64,000 nt of DNA from assembly GCA_030390025.1 (NCBI GenBank), contig CM059432.1, positions 62,002,001-62,066,000 of the forward strand, read 5' to 3'. This DNA is from Squalus acanthias. Lineage: Eukaryota. The notes below the pieces were generated by a model. That model saw nothing but the letters and a program-made list of their open reading frames with translations, searched no databases and was not told where the DNA came from. How positions within the stretch are numbered: the stretch's first letter is position 1; each line of letters starts with the position of its first letter. Of the stretch, positions 52,661 to 64,000 are shown piece after piece. Both the position numbers and the translations under genes were made by a program.

Positions 52661-53936
52661 CCCCTGATCTTGCCACATGAATATAAATTACAATATTAGT
52701 TGATTTGGTTAAGTGCTATTTCTAGAACTATCTATGATACATACCTAGCCCATTTTTGTACAGCTTGCCACGCTTTTCCTCTACTTGTCATTGTGGGAAG
52801 TGCAAAGCAGAGGGCAAGGAGAGAAAAAAATGGATAGGAGAATTATTTTGCCTGATCTTAGACACCACCTAGTGGTTGGTTTAAAAGAGACACTGGCAAA
52901 AGCAGTAGAGCAGAGTATCCATTTGTCCCATCAGCTTGATATAATGTATGGTGCAATGTGGTCAAATCAGGGAAAAACACAACATTACTTAAAAAGGTGG
53001 AGACCGACCCTCATCCAGAACAAATATTGATGGAAATAATTGGGTATAATTCAAGTTTGAAAGTGCAGGAGTGACTACTTCCATTATAAGCCACCCCACT
53101 CCTCATGTAGACATTCTAAAAGGAAATGTATATCTTAAATAAAAATTCCCACCTGACAGAAATTATTCCTAATTTTAGTGTATTTTCCCTCCCTTTCAGA
53201 GGCCTGCCTTTTTGAGTCTGTTCTTTCGTAACACAGCCACTCTGACTATGACAGGAGTTTCAGCAAACAGTTTCATAGAGAATTCTGCAAATTGGCATTT
53301 TGCAGCAAAATTCATTAGAGTGCTTACTGTGGCTCCCTGGTGAGTTGAGAGGCCTAAAAGGCTGGATCTTCAAAGGCTGGAATAAAATGTTTAATTAGTG
53401 ATGTCTAGCATGAGGTAGATTTAACACTTTTTTTTTCCAGAATACCAACAAGTATTCACAGTGAATGTTATCTGCTCTGCATTCAATCTGCATTTAGGTT
53501 GTATTTCTCTATATAGAAATGCTTCATTCACATGCTTAAAAAGTTTTTTTCCCCTTATCATTTGGGAGTGTCTAGTCCTGTGGTTATCCAGGATCTAGCA
53601 TGGTAGTGAGTCTACTATACAGCATCACCAAAAGGGGTAAGGGTGCAGATGAGTAATAGCAAAATATGATAGATTCCTCATCTAATACTGTTTTAAAATT
53701 TCTATTTGGCAGATTAGCTGCTTTAATAATTTTCCTACATTACAACAGTATCTGCACTTCAAAAGTACTTAATTGGTTGTAAAGCCCTTTCAGTCATCCT
53801 GAGGTCGTGAAAGGCGCTATATAAATGCTATGTATAAAGTCTGTCTGTCTTTCTTTTCTTTATATCGCACTCTGACTGTGGGCTGAAAATGAAGATGCTC
53901 CTGTTTTCAGGATTTTGAACTTAAAAAAAAAAAAAA

Positions 53937-56900
53937 TTTGTTCATGGGATTTAGGCGTTGCTGGTAAGTCCAGCATTTATTGCCCATCCCTAATTGTCCT
54001 TGAGAAGGTGGTGGTGAACCGCCACCTTGAACCACTGCAGTCTGTGTGGTGAAGGTAGTCCCACAGTGCTGTTAGGGAGGGAGTTCCAGCATTTTGACCC
54101 AGCGACAATGAAGGAACGGCGATATACTTCCAAGTCAGGATGGTGTGTGACTTGGAGGGGAACTTGGAGGTGGTGGTGTTCCCATGCGTCTACTGCCCTT
54201 GTCCTATCATGGGTTTGGCAGGTGCTGCCGAAGAAGCCTTGGTGAGTTGCTGCAGTGCATCTTGTAGATGGTACACACTGCAGCCACAGTGCGCGGTGGT
54301 GGAGGGAAGTGAATGTTTAAGGTGGTGGATGGGGTGCCAATCAAGCAGGCTGCTTTGGCCTGGATGGTGTCTTGTGTTGTTGGAGCTGCACGTATCCAGG
54401 CAAGTGGAAAATACTCCGTCACACTCCTGACTTGTGCCTTGTAGATGGCGGAAAGACTTTGGGGAGTCAGGAGAGGAGTTACTCGCCGCAGACTACCCAG
54501 CCTCTGACCTGCTCTTGTAGCCACAGTATTTATGTGGCTGGTCCAGTTAAGCTTCCTGTCAATGATGACTCCCCCCAGGATGTTGATCGTGAGGGATTCG
54601 GCAGTGGTAATGCCGTTGAATGTCAAGGGGAGGTGGTTAGACTCTTTCTTGTTGGCGATAGTCATTGCCTGACACTTCTGTGGCGCGAATGTTACTTCCC
54701 ACTTATCAGCTCAAGCCTGAATTTCGTCCAGGTCTTGCTGCATGCGGGCATGGACTGCTTCATTATCTGAGGAGTTGCGAATGGAACTGAACACTATGCA
54801 GTCATCAGCAAACATCGCTACTTCTGGCTTTATGATGAGGGAAGGTCATTGATGAAGTAGCTGAAGATGGTTGGGCCTAGGACACTGCCCTGAGGAACTC
54901 CTGCAGCGATGTCCTGGGGCTGAGATGATTGGCCTCCAACAACCACAACTATCTTCTTTTGTGCTAGGTATGACTCTAGCCAGTGGAGAGTTTTCCCGTT
55001 GAGTCCCATTGACTTCAATTTTACTAGGGCTCCTTAATGCCAATCTCGGTCAAATGCTGCCTTGATGTCAAGGGCAGTCACTCTCACCTCACCTCTGGAA
55101 TTCAGCTCTTTTGTCCATGTTTGGACCGAGGCTGAAATGAGGTCTGGAGCCGAGTGGTCCTGGCGGAACCCAAACTGAGCATCGGTGATTAAGTGTCACT
55201 TGATAGCACTGTCAACGACACCTTCCATCATTTTGCTGATGATTGAGAGTAGACTGATGGAGCAGTAATTGGCCGGATTGGATTTGACCTGCTTATTGTG
55301 GACAGGACATACCTGGGCAATTTTCCACATTGTTGGGTAGATGCCAGTGTTGTAGCTGTTACTGGAACAGCTTGGCTAGAGGCGCAGCTAGTTCTGGAGC
55401 ACAAGTCTTCAGCACGACAGCCGGGCTGTTGTTGGGACCCATAGCCTTTGCTGTATCCAGTGCGTTCAGCCGTTTCTGGATATCATGTGGAGTGAATTGA
55501 ATTGGCTGAAGACTGGCTTCTGAGATGGTGAGGGCAGCACTGAAACGGCTCTCCTCAAAGTCACAAATGACATCCTTTGTGACTGTAACAAAGGTAAACT
55601 ATCCTTTCTCGACCTGTTTGCAGCCTTTGACACGGTTGCCCACTCCATCCTTCTCCAACGCCTCTCTACCGTCGACCAGCTGGGTGGGACTGCACTCGCC
55701 TGGTTGCATTCTTATCTATCTTATCGTAGCCAGAGATTCACCTGCAATGGCTTCTCTTCCCACTCCCAAATTGTTACCTCTGGTGTCCCTCAAGGATCTA
55801 TCCTTGGCCCCTTCCTATTTCTCATCTACATTCTTCCCCTTTTGCGACATCATCCGAAAACACAGCGTCAGTTTCCACATGTACGCTGACGACGCCCAGC
55901 TCTACCTCACCACCACTTCTCTCGACCCCTCCATGGTCTCTAACTTGTCAGACTGCTTTTCCAACATCCAGCACTGGATGAGCAGCAACTTTCTCCAATT
56001 AAACATTGGGAAGACTGAAGCCATTGTCTTCGGTCCCCACCAAAAACTCCGTTCCCTAGTCACTGACTCCATCCCTCTCCCTAACATCTGTCTGAGGGTG
56101 AACAAGACTGTTTGCAATCTTGGTGTCATATTCGACCCTGAAATGAGCTTCCGACCACATATCTGTGCCATAACTAAGACCGCCTATTTCCACCTCCGTA
56201 ACATCGCCCGTCTCTGCCCCTGCCTCAGCTTATCCGCTGCTGAAACCCTCATCCATGCCTTTGTTACCTCTAGACTTGACTATTCCAATGCACTCCTGAC
56301 TGGCCTCCCACGTTCTACCTTACGCTGACCTACATTGGCTCCCAGTTAAGCAGCGCCTTGATTTTAAAATTCTCATCCTTATCTCTGTAATCTCCTCCAC
56401 CCCCACAACCCCCCTGAGATATCTGTGCTCCTCTAATTCTGCCCTCTTGAGCATCCCTGATTTTAATCGCTCAACCATTGGTGGCCGTGCCTTCAGCTGC
56501 CGAGGCCCTAAGCTCTGGAATTCCCTCCCTAAACCTCTCTACCTCTCTTTCCTCCTTAACAACGCTCCTTAAAACCTACCTCTTTGACCAAGCTTTTCGT
56601 TATCTGCCCTAATTTCTCCTTGTGTGGCTCGGTGTCAAATTATTTATCTTATAACACTCCTGTGAAGCGCCTTGTTAAAGGCGCCTACGTTAAAGGCGCT
56701 ATATAAATACATGTTGTTGAGGCCGAGATGGATCATCCACTTGGCACTTCTGGCTGAAGATAGTTGTGAACGCTTCAGCCTTGTCTTTTGCACTTACATG
56801 CTATTCTCTGCCATCATTGGGGATAGGGATGTTCGTGGAACCTCCTCCTCCTGTTAGTTGTTTATTGTCCACCACCATTCACGACTGGATGTCATAGGAC

Positions 56901-58328
56901 TGCAGAGCTTTGATCTGATCCGTTGGTTGTGGGATCGCTTAGCTCTGTCTGTAGCATGCTGTTTCCGTTATTTAGCATGTAGTCCTGTGTTAGAGCTTCA
57001 CCGGGTTCACACCTCGTTTTTAGGTATGCCTGGTGCTGCTCCTGGCATGCTCTTCTGCAATCCTCATTGAACCAGGGTTGGTCCCCTGGCTTGATGGTAA
57101 TGGTAGAGTGAGGAATATGCCGGGCCATGAGGTTACAGATTGTGGTGGAATACAATTCTGTTGCTGCTGATGGTCCACAGTGCCTCATGGATGCACAGTT
57201 TTGAGCTGATAAATCTGTTCTGAATCTATCCCATTTAGCATAATGGTAGTGCCACACCACACGATGGAGGGTGTCGTCAGTGTGAAGATGTGACTTCGTC
57301 TCCACAAGGACTGTGCGGTGGTCACTCCTACCAGTACTTTCATGTACTGATGCATCTGCAACAGGTAGATTGGCGAGGGCGAGGTCAAGTAGGTTTTTCC
57401 CTCGTGTTGGTTCTCTCACCATCTGCTGTAGGCCCAGTCTGGAAGCTGTTTCCTTCAGGGCTCGGTCAGTAGTGGTGCTACCGAGCCACTCTTGGTGATG
57501 GACATTGAAGTCCCCCACCCAGAGTACATTCTGTGCCCTTGCTACTCTCAGTGCTTCTTCCAAGTGTTCATCCAAGTGGTGTTCAACATGGAGGAGTACT
57601 GATTCATCAGCTGAAGGAGGGTGCTAGGTGGTAATCAGCAGGATGTTTCCTTGCCCATGTTTGACCTGATGCCATGAGGCTTCATGGGGTCCGGAGCCAA
57701 GGTTGAGGACTCCCAGGGCCACTCCCTCCCAACTGTATACCACTGTGCTGCCACCTCTGGTGGGTCTGTCCTGCCGGTGGGACAGGACATACTCTGGGGT
57801 GGTGGTGAAGGAGTCTGGGACATTGGCTGAAAGGTATGATTCTGAGAGTGTGACTATGTTAGGCTGTTGCTTGACTAGTCTGTGGGACAGCTCTTTTTAG
57901 CACACCCCAGATGTTAGTGAGGGTCGACTGCGCTGGGTTTGCCTTTATTGTGTCTGGTTCCTAGGTCGATGTTGGGTGGTCCATCTGGTTTTATTCTTGG
58001 TATACTACTTTGTAGCGGTTTGTTACAATGAGTGGCTCGCTAAGCCATATCCGAGGGCAGTTAAGAGTCAACCACGTTACTGTGGGTCTGGAGTCACACG
58101 TAGGCTGGACCAGGTTTGGACGGCAGATTTCCTTCCCTAAAGGACATTAATGAACCAGATGGGCTTTTGCGATAATCCGCTAGTTTCATGGTCACCATTA
58201 CTGCTACTAGCATTTTGTTCCAGATTTATTTAATTCACTGAATTTAAATTCCCCAGCTGCCGTGGTGGGATTTGAACTCCTGTCTCTGGATCATTAGTCC
58301 AGTAACATAACTACTATGCTACTGTACC
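53937..58328 (-). mobile_element. Family B LINE, near full length, interrupted by L2 at 55531-56718
   Basis: tRNA-like head at 58255-58328; APE (WVGDFNVHHQEWLGS..SDHRTV); RT motifs; 3' end before the A/T run at 53923-53936. Confidence 0.92.
55531..56718 (+). mobile_element. 5'-truncated L2 LINE nested in family B LINE
   Basis: GVPQGSILGP, HMYADDAQLY, SRLDYSNALL; tail tatataaatacatgttgtt; flanks rejoin as in 5870-5910. Confidence 0.92.
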
Positions 58329-58937
58329 ATAACTTGTAAGTATTGTTTGAACACTGGACCCATTAGTTATCATAATTTTTAAAATTGGCTGTTAGGCACT
58401 TATCTAAGGTGATTCACTTTACCCCAAATGAAAACAAATGATATACGTGTGCTGACATATATTACAATTATTGCTGTATCTGTTGGATCGCTGTAGGAAC
58501 CGTGAAATCGATGCTTGGCAAAATATTAGAATTCAGCAGTTGTAAACACTTTGAAAAACGATGGTCTCATTTGAGTATGATGATTGAATTGATATGTCAG
58601 TCACCAACCTCTGTTTTGCTCACTTGTTATTGTTGGGCGAGACATTGCTGTGCACAAATTAGCTACTGCATTAGCCTACATAACAGTGACTACTGTTGAA
58701 AAGTAATTTATTGGTTGTGAATAGCGTTGGGATGTGCTCAGGATGTGAAAGGTGCTATATAAATGCAAGTTTATTCTTTAAGTGCTTTGCTGGCATCTGG
58801 TTTTTGAGTTTAAATGTCATTTCTTTAAGTTATCTAACAATGAAATGTTAAACTTTCTGTAAAAGCTTTTTCTGTTGTCCATTGAGTGCAATCTGTTTGT
58901 GAAATTTGATTAAGAATTTTTGTTTATGCTTCGTTAG

Positions 58938-59150
58938 GTGCAGCAGATACTAGCTGTCAGAACTCCAAGGAAACTGCAGAAATCACGTGGAGCTCCAGTG
59001 ACAGTGATTTGTCAGATGGAGAGGTACTGATGGGTAACTCGAGAGTTTCAAAGGAAAGAAGATCTGTCCTGAAAGGCCAGAGTACAGTGAACTCCTACCA
59101 TAAATACATCTGTATGCTCAATTCATTAACAGACAGTCAGTCCAGTGAAG
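58938..59150 (+). CDS. SPIDR: SPIDR coding exon 4 (GC donor)
   Basis: cgttag|GT; EITWSSSDSDLSDGE matches recalled human DITWSSSGSDLSDE; ends GAAG|gcaagt, phase 1. Confidence 0.85.
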
Positions 59151-60698
59151 GCAAGTAATTTTCTATCATGTGCCTGGAAAAATCTGGTAGTTTGAAAATT
59201 AACAACTAGTTGACTGAGTAGCCAGGTATGGAGTAAGGAACCTCATATTTTACATAGTCCAGGGTTTTTAGGGGCAGAACTTTGGTAAGTTGTAATGGGC
59301 AGTAATTATACTGAAAATAGGATTCAGCAGCACTCACATTTTCTGCAATAGATTGAATTCTTAACAACAAATTTTGTTGACAGTAGTTGTAAGGCAGTCC
59401 AAATTATGACAGTGTATCGGACTCACTAATGCAATGAAAGGTCTCTCTATGCAAGTCTGTACCTTGTACAGTATAAGAGCCAAAATAGGTCATCTATTAT
59501 AGTGTTGGATCATCCGAATGAAGAATTCCAATCTGAATTTTGCATGGATCAGGCATTGAGAGGCGTTTTAATAAAATAAATTGCTATACAGGAAGTGCTT
59601 GCAGAGTTGTTTTTGTGTTTCCTCACACTGAGCTTTGAGTTTCTGGGTTCATTCATGCAAATTACTGCTATCAGTAGATTTGCATTGAAGTCATTTGGAT
59701 ATGTCTTGCAACTAGGTGTTAAAATAAGAGGCAAATAGGAAGAAAAGACCAATAAGGAAAGATGTCAAATAGAGGTGTCATTTTTAGCAGCTGTTGGGAA
59801 GTCGTGGGGAGTGCGCACTCCAATGTTTGATGTATACTGCTGGTATGCAAGGCTTCGTGGACTTGTTAAATTACCCCTTAGAGGTGAGGCACTTTCCTCA
59901 CAGTGAATCATTCATGATACATCTCCATGTGGTTGATTACAGAACATCATTAGCAGAGACCAAGGAGCAGGTTGGTATGTTGATGGGTGGAGAGTGGGGA
60001 TTGGTGCATGGTACGGAAGGATCATTTTTAAAAGAAGGAACAGAATTCATTTTTTTCGATTTAGTTTTATTTTTAAAAAGCTGACAATCAAAGTTAAGTT
60101 GTGTACAGTGGAATTATGCATATACGAATGAGTTACAGGGAATTGAAGGCTATCTTAAAGCACGTCCTTCTGTAGTGATTGGATGGTTCTGACTTCGGTT
60201 TACCTGAGTGGCTTGTTTTCAGATGTTGGAGATCCTCTTGGCTAAAGTGTCATCACTGTAATAAGTAGAAGTGGCGCTGGCAGACAAGGGTGGTTTCTGC
60301 TAGCGCTTCCTGTGGAAGTTATTGAGGGGGAAGAGAGGAAAGGTTTTAAAATGTTTTTAATGTTACTGCCACTGTGTAAACTACTGTGACCTATCTACAT
60401 TTGTTTTCTTTTTAACTTATTTTTTTGCTTTTGCTCTGATAACCATACAACTCAACTGCCTGGGTTGTGCAGGCTGATTGAGAAGTGTAAAACAACACCA
60501 ATAAGCATTTCATACTTTCTTTATCAGCCAACTCCAAAAATTAGTCTTCACCAAGTGAATGCAAATTCTTACTCCGGTTACAATTTAGAAGCAGTATTCA
60601 CCGATTTTAAAATGTCCTCTAAGCCTTTGACTATTGTTCCTAAGATGACTTTTTGGAGTTAGCTGAATTCAAAATTTTTGATCGTTCTCTTTTTACAG

Positions 60699-60862
60699 AA
60701 GAACTGCCTGCTATTGACTGGGACAGTGTCAGTGAAGATGAAGATATGACTTCTGACAAAATTGAGTGTTTAGTGGACCCCTACTTTACTGATTCAGATA
60801 CTTCAACTAGTAGTAAAGAGAGTAACAGAAACTGTGCAACTCAGCAGTCTGAATCTTTAACG
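60699..60862 (+). CDS. SPIDR: SPIDR coding exon 5
   Basis: ttttacag|AA..ACG|gtgagt; ELPAIDWDS resembles recalled human ELQFIDWEI; acidic/Ser-rich. Confidence 0.88.
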
Positions 60863-61890
60863 GTGAGTTTGATTCTTTTTATTTTGTTACTTACGCATTG
60901 TAATTTCCTTTTTTGAGAATCAATATATAGTCAGATTATGAGCAGAAGAATACACCATTTCAAAGCTTTAGTGAAGTTCAGGTCTGATGTTGAATTGCAG
61001 GTTTGCGAGTAGAATGACTGGTGCTTTAATTTATTGTTGTTACAGGTTAGGGTGACCTGAACTAAATGGATTTTTGGGGGTTTCTCATTATTGTTACCAT
61101 GATTCAGTTTATACTTTGAGAGAGGCTGACATAGTGCTGATCTTATGAATTCAGTAGAAATGAATATTCTCCGGAGGGTTTTTATAAGACACTAATGTGG
61201 ATCTTCATTTTGGCAGGCTAGGCCCATGTTCAAATTGCTCTGGCCCACTGAAATAGATGTAGCTGAAGATTTGCATCAAGTATGAGCTTGAAGCTTCGGT
61301 GTGAACAAGACTGTAGTCACAGATTGTTCTGGCAGTAACAAATAATGCCACCATCTCAATTTAAAATTTGAAATATGTTAGGCTTTCTGAATTTTCTATT
61401 AAAATGCTGGTGATCAAAATAAATATGAAAGTTTATTTTTTTTAAACTATATCTGTAGTTCTTTTTAATTAGCTTGAATCCATTAGGTACCAGTCCATTA
61501 TCTCTGACCCTCTGGTGAAAGCACTCCGCAGTATAAACAGTGTGACTTTATCGGCTAATGGAGAAAAACTGAAAATGTGAAGAGCTCTTTCTGAAAATGT
61601 CCGTACTAAAAATATAGTATAAAAGTCCCCCATCTATTGGTGGTTCAACAGTTTTTTTTGCACATTGTTCCTGAAATTTCTTGTAGCCAACTGTATTATA
61701 AGATGGTGTTAACTACAGAAGAGTAGACATTAAGAAATAGGTCTAAGCTGCTACTTTGTAGCTCCAGTCTAGTTAATTGTTGTTCTCGGTTCCGATAGTT
61801 CAAATAAACAATTAAGAGCTACCTTCTTGTATATGAAACTATATAAAACCTACTGTTTTGCAGCTAATGAGACTGCAATTCTCATGAACA

Positions 61891-62363
61891 GTGTCAGCTA
61901 TGGCTCAGTGGGTAGCACACTCGCCTCTGAGTCAGAAGGTTGTGGGTTCAAGTCCCACTCCAGGGACTTGAGCACATAAATCTAGGCTGACACTCCAGTG
62001 CAGTGCTGAGGGTGTGCTGCACTGTCGGAGGTGCCGTCTTTCGGATGAGACGTTAAACCGAGGCCCCGTCTGCTCTCTCAGGTAGACGTAAAAGATCCCA
62101 TGGCACTATTTCGAAGAAGAGCAGGTGAGTTATCCCCGGTGTCCTGGTCAATATTTATCCCTCAATCAACATCTCTGGAAAAACAGATTATCTGGTCATT
62201 ATCACATTGCTGTTTGTGTGAGCTTGCTGTGCGCAAATTGGCTGCCGCGTTTCCCACATTACAACAGTGACTACACTCCAAAAGTACTTCATTGGCTGTA
62301 AAGCGGTTCGAGACGTCTGGTGGTCGTGAAAGACGCTCTGTAAATGCAAGTCGATCTTTTTTT
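61891..62363 (+). mobile_element. Full-length DeuSINE (SacSINE1-like)
   Basis: A box tggctcagtgg, B box ggttcaagtcc, Deu-domain gtgccgtctttcggatgagacgttaaaccgaggcccc..aaagatcccatggcact, L2-like tail. Confidence 0.92.
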
Positions 62364-64000
62364 AACCTGGCAATTAAAATCGTGCTGCTTATCTGGCCAG
62401 CATGTATCTGTCTGGACAGTTATCTTCCATAAGTGTATCTGTGTTCACATGTACCCTGCAAGCATTTGTAATGCAAAACATCCTTATGATAAAAGTTTAA
62501 ATGTACAATAATGTACTACCTATTCAGTTAACCAAAACTGTGTTATTGTAATTGGTATTTTTCTTTGCCATCATGTATGTATGCTCCATTAAAGGAGAAG
62601 GAAAAACTAGAGGGACTACTTTTTGTTGAAAGTATGTAATTTTTTGCAGAAATGCCAATTTTTTGCCAAGATGGAGAGCCCTACGCTGGCATTCCCCACT
62701 GCTGGCCTGCTCCAGTGGTGTTACAGATTGGAGGTAGTTCTTATCCATAGTAAACCACAAGGATTGCAGAGAGTGGTTCTTGGGCCACTTCAGGACCACT
62801 ATAGAGTGCTGGTTGTCAAATAAACAATGATATGATTTCCACCAATGCTCCTTGTACTAATTTATCCAGTTTATAATCAATCTTTGTCCCAGCAGACAAA
62901 CCATGCCTTGCTGACAGTAAAGACAAGGTGGACATATTGACATACAGGCCAAAACAGACACCAATATAACCAACATGGCAGCCACAAACAAAAGTAATGC
63001 TGGCCTGTAACTACTTGGCAATGCCGGCAACAACGCGATCATAAATTATGCAATTAAAACCAAGATGTACAGATTAAAAATTTTAATCGTGAAATTAATT
63101 GTGATTACATTTTTTAATTGCTTGACAGCTCTACTTTGTGAACATCTGAATAGAACCTGCAATGTTACAATTTTGCAACATCTTTCAGTGATTCAGATAA
63201 ATGTGGGATTTAATTTACAAAAACATGATAAACAACTCTGGCAGTGATGTCTTTCTCAGTCCCTGCAATAAACAAAAGCAAACAACCTGCTGCTGATATT
63301 GAGGGGAGGGACTGTCAGCAGTGAACCTAGGGTGACAAGGTGTTTACTGCTGTATGTCAGGGATGAGACCCAGGTGGAAGCCCTGTATTTTCCAAATGCT
63401 ACAATACAAAAATATTAATAGCATTAATGCCTTTTCAATATGCTGCAAATATATGCGCTTTGAGATTTGTATATGATGCATGGCTATTCGGCTGTTTTTA
63501 TGTTCTCCCCAAACAACCTGGACAAGTGATTTGTAATTTGAGGACTGGGCCAAAAAAAAAAATTTTTGTAGCTGCTTATATTTTTCTTTTTCTTCTAATC
63601 TGCCCCTCTTCTCTCTCTCCCTACCCCCCACCCACCTTTTTTGGTGGCTCCTTGCTGGAATAAGGTACCACAGAATTTGGTTGCTCTCTGGTATCTCACT
63701 CAAGTAGCCAATCTTCCTGTTTGAAATTGGAAGCAAACTGCAAGAATGCGGGGATGTCATAGCCAAGCTGAATCCTGATCCGAAGTTTGTACATGCATTT
63801 TATTTGAATAATACCTAAGTTAAGTCTTACTCCTCTTTCACATTTTGTTCCTAAGAGGTTGTTAGGTCAAATAAAAATGCAGCAGGGGGTCACTGGATTG
63901 TGAGTGGAAACCCTGGCAGATTTTCTCCTTTCTAATCCAGGGGCGCCGTGGCAAATTTAGCACCTCTATCGCTGCTCCAGTTCAGATAAGCTAAATCAGA

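Noticed and set aside
61891..61965. tRNA gene
   Set aside because: A and B boxes run directly into the Deu domain and L2-like tail, so it is a SINE head; the same applies to the family B heads
1..64000. CRISPR arrays, operons or prokaryotic defence systems
   Set aside because: Spliced vertebrate genes and eukaryotic retroposons throughout; no regularly spaced repeat-spacer array seen

Overview
Vertebrate genomic DNA, most likely from a cartilaginous fish (shark), judged from DeuSINE/SacSINE1-type SINEs and a dense load of CR1, L2 and Penelope repeats. Two host genes lie on the + strand. The first is the last four coding exons of MAPRE2 (EB2; 7718-13159, ending in EEY*). The second is the promoter and first five coding exons of SPIDR (36750-60862), which continues past the window. 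Most of the rest, including most ORF-track entries, is nested, decayed transposon sequence. I found no wholly new gene system. The observations most worth checking are: (1) a LINE family with a tRNA-like Pol III head and apparently a single APE-RT ORF; (2) a perfect 176-bp palindromic Penelope-terminus insertion with a minimal hammerhead ribozyme on each strand; (3) several perfect template-switch duplications; (4) splicing oddities (a GC-AG intron, a recursive-type AG|GTGAGT acceptor, a SINE-derived cryptic exon, an overlapping uORF); (5) an EB1-like C-terminal tail on this EB2. Gene and repeat identities come from recalled sequences, not database searches. Repeat boundaries are approximate unless a TSD or TIR is quoted.
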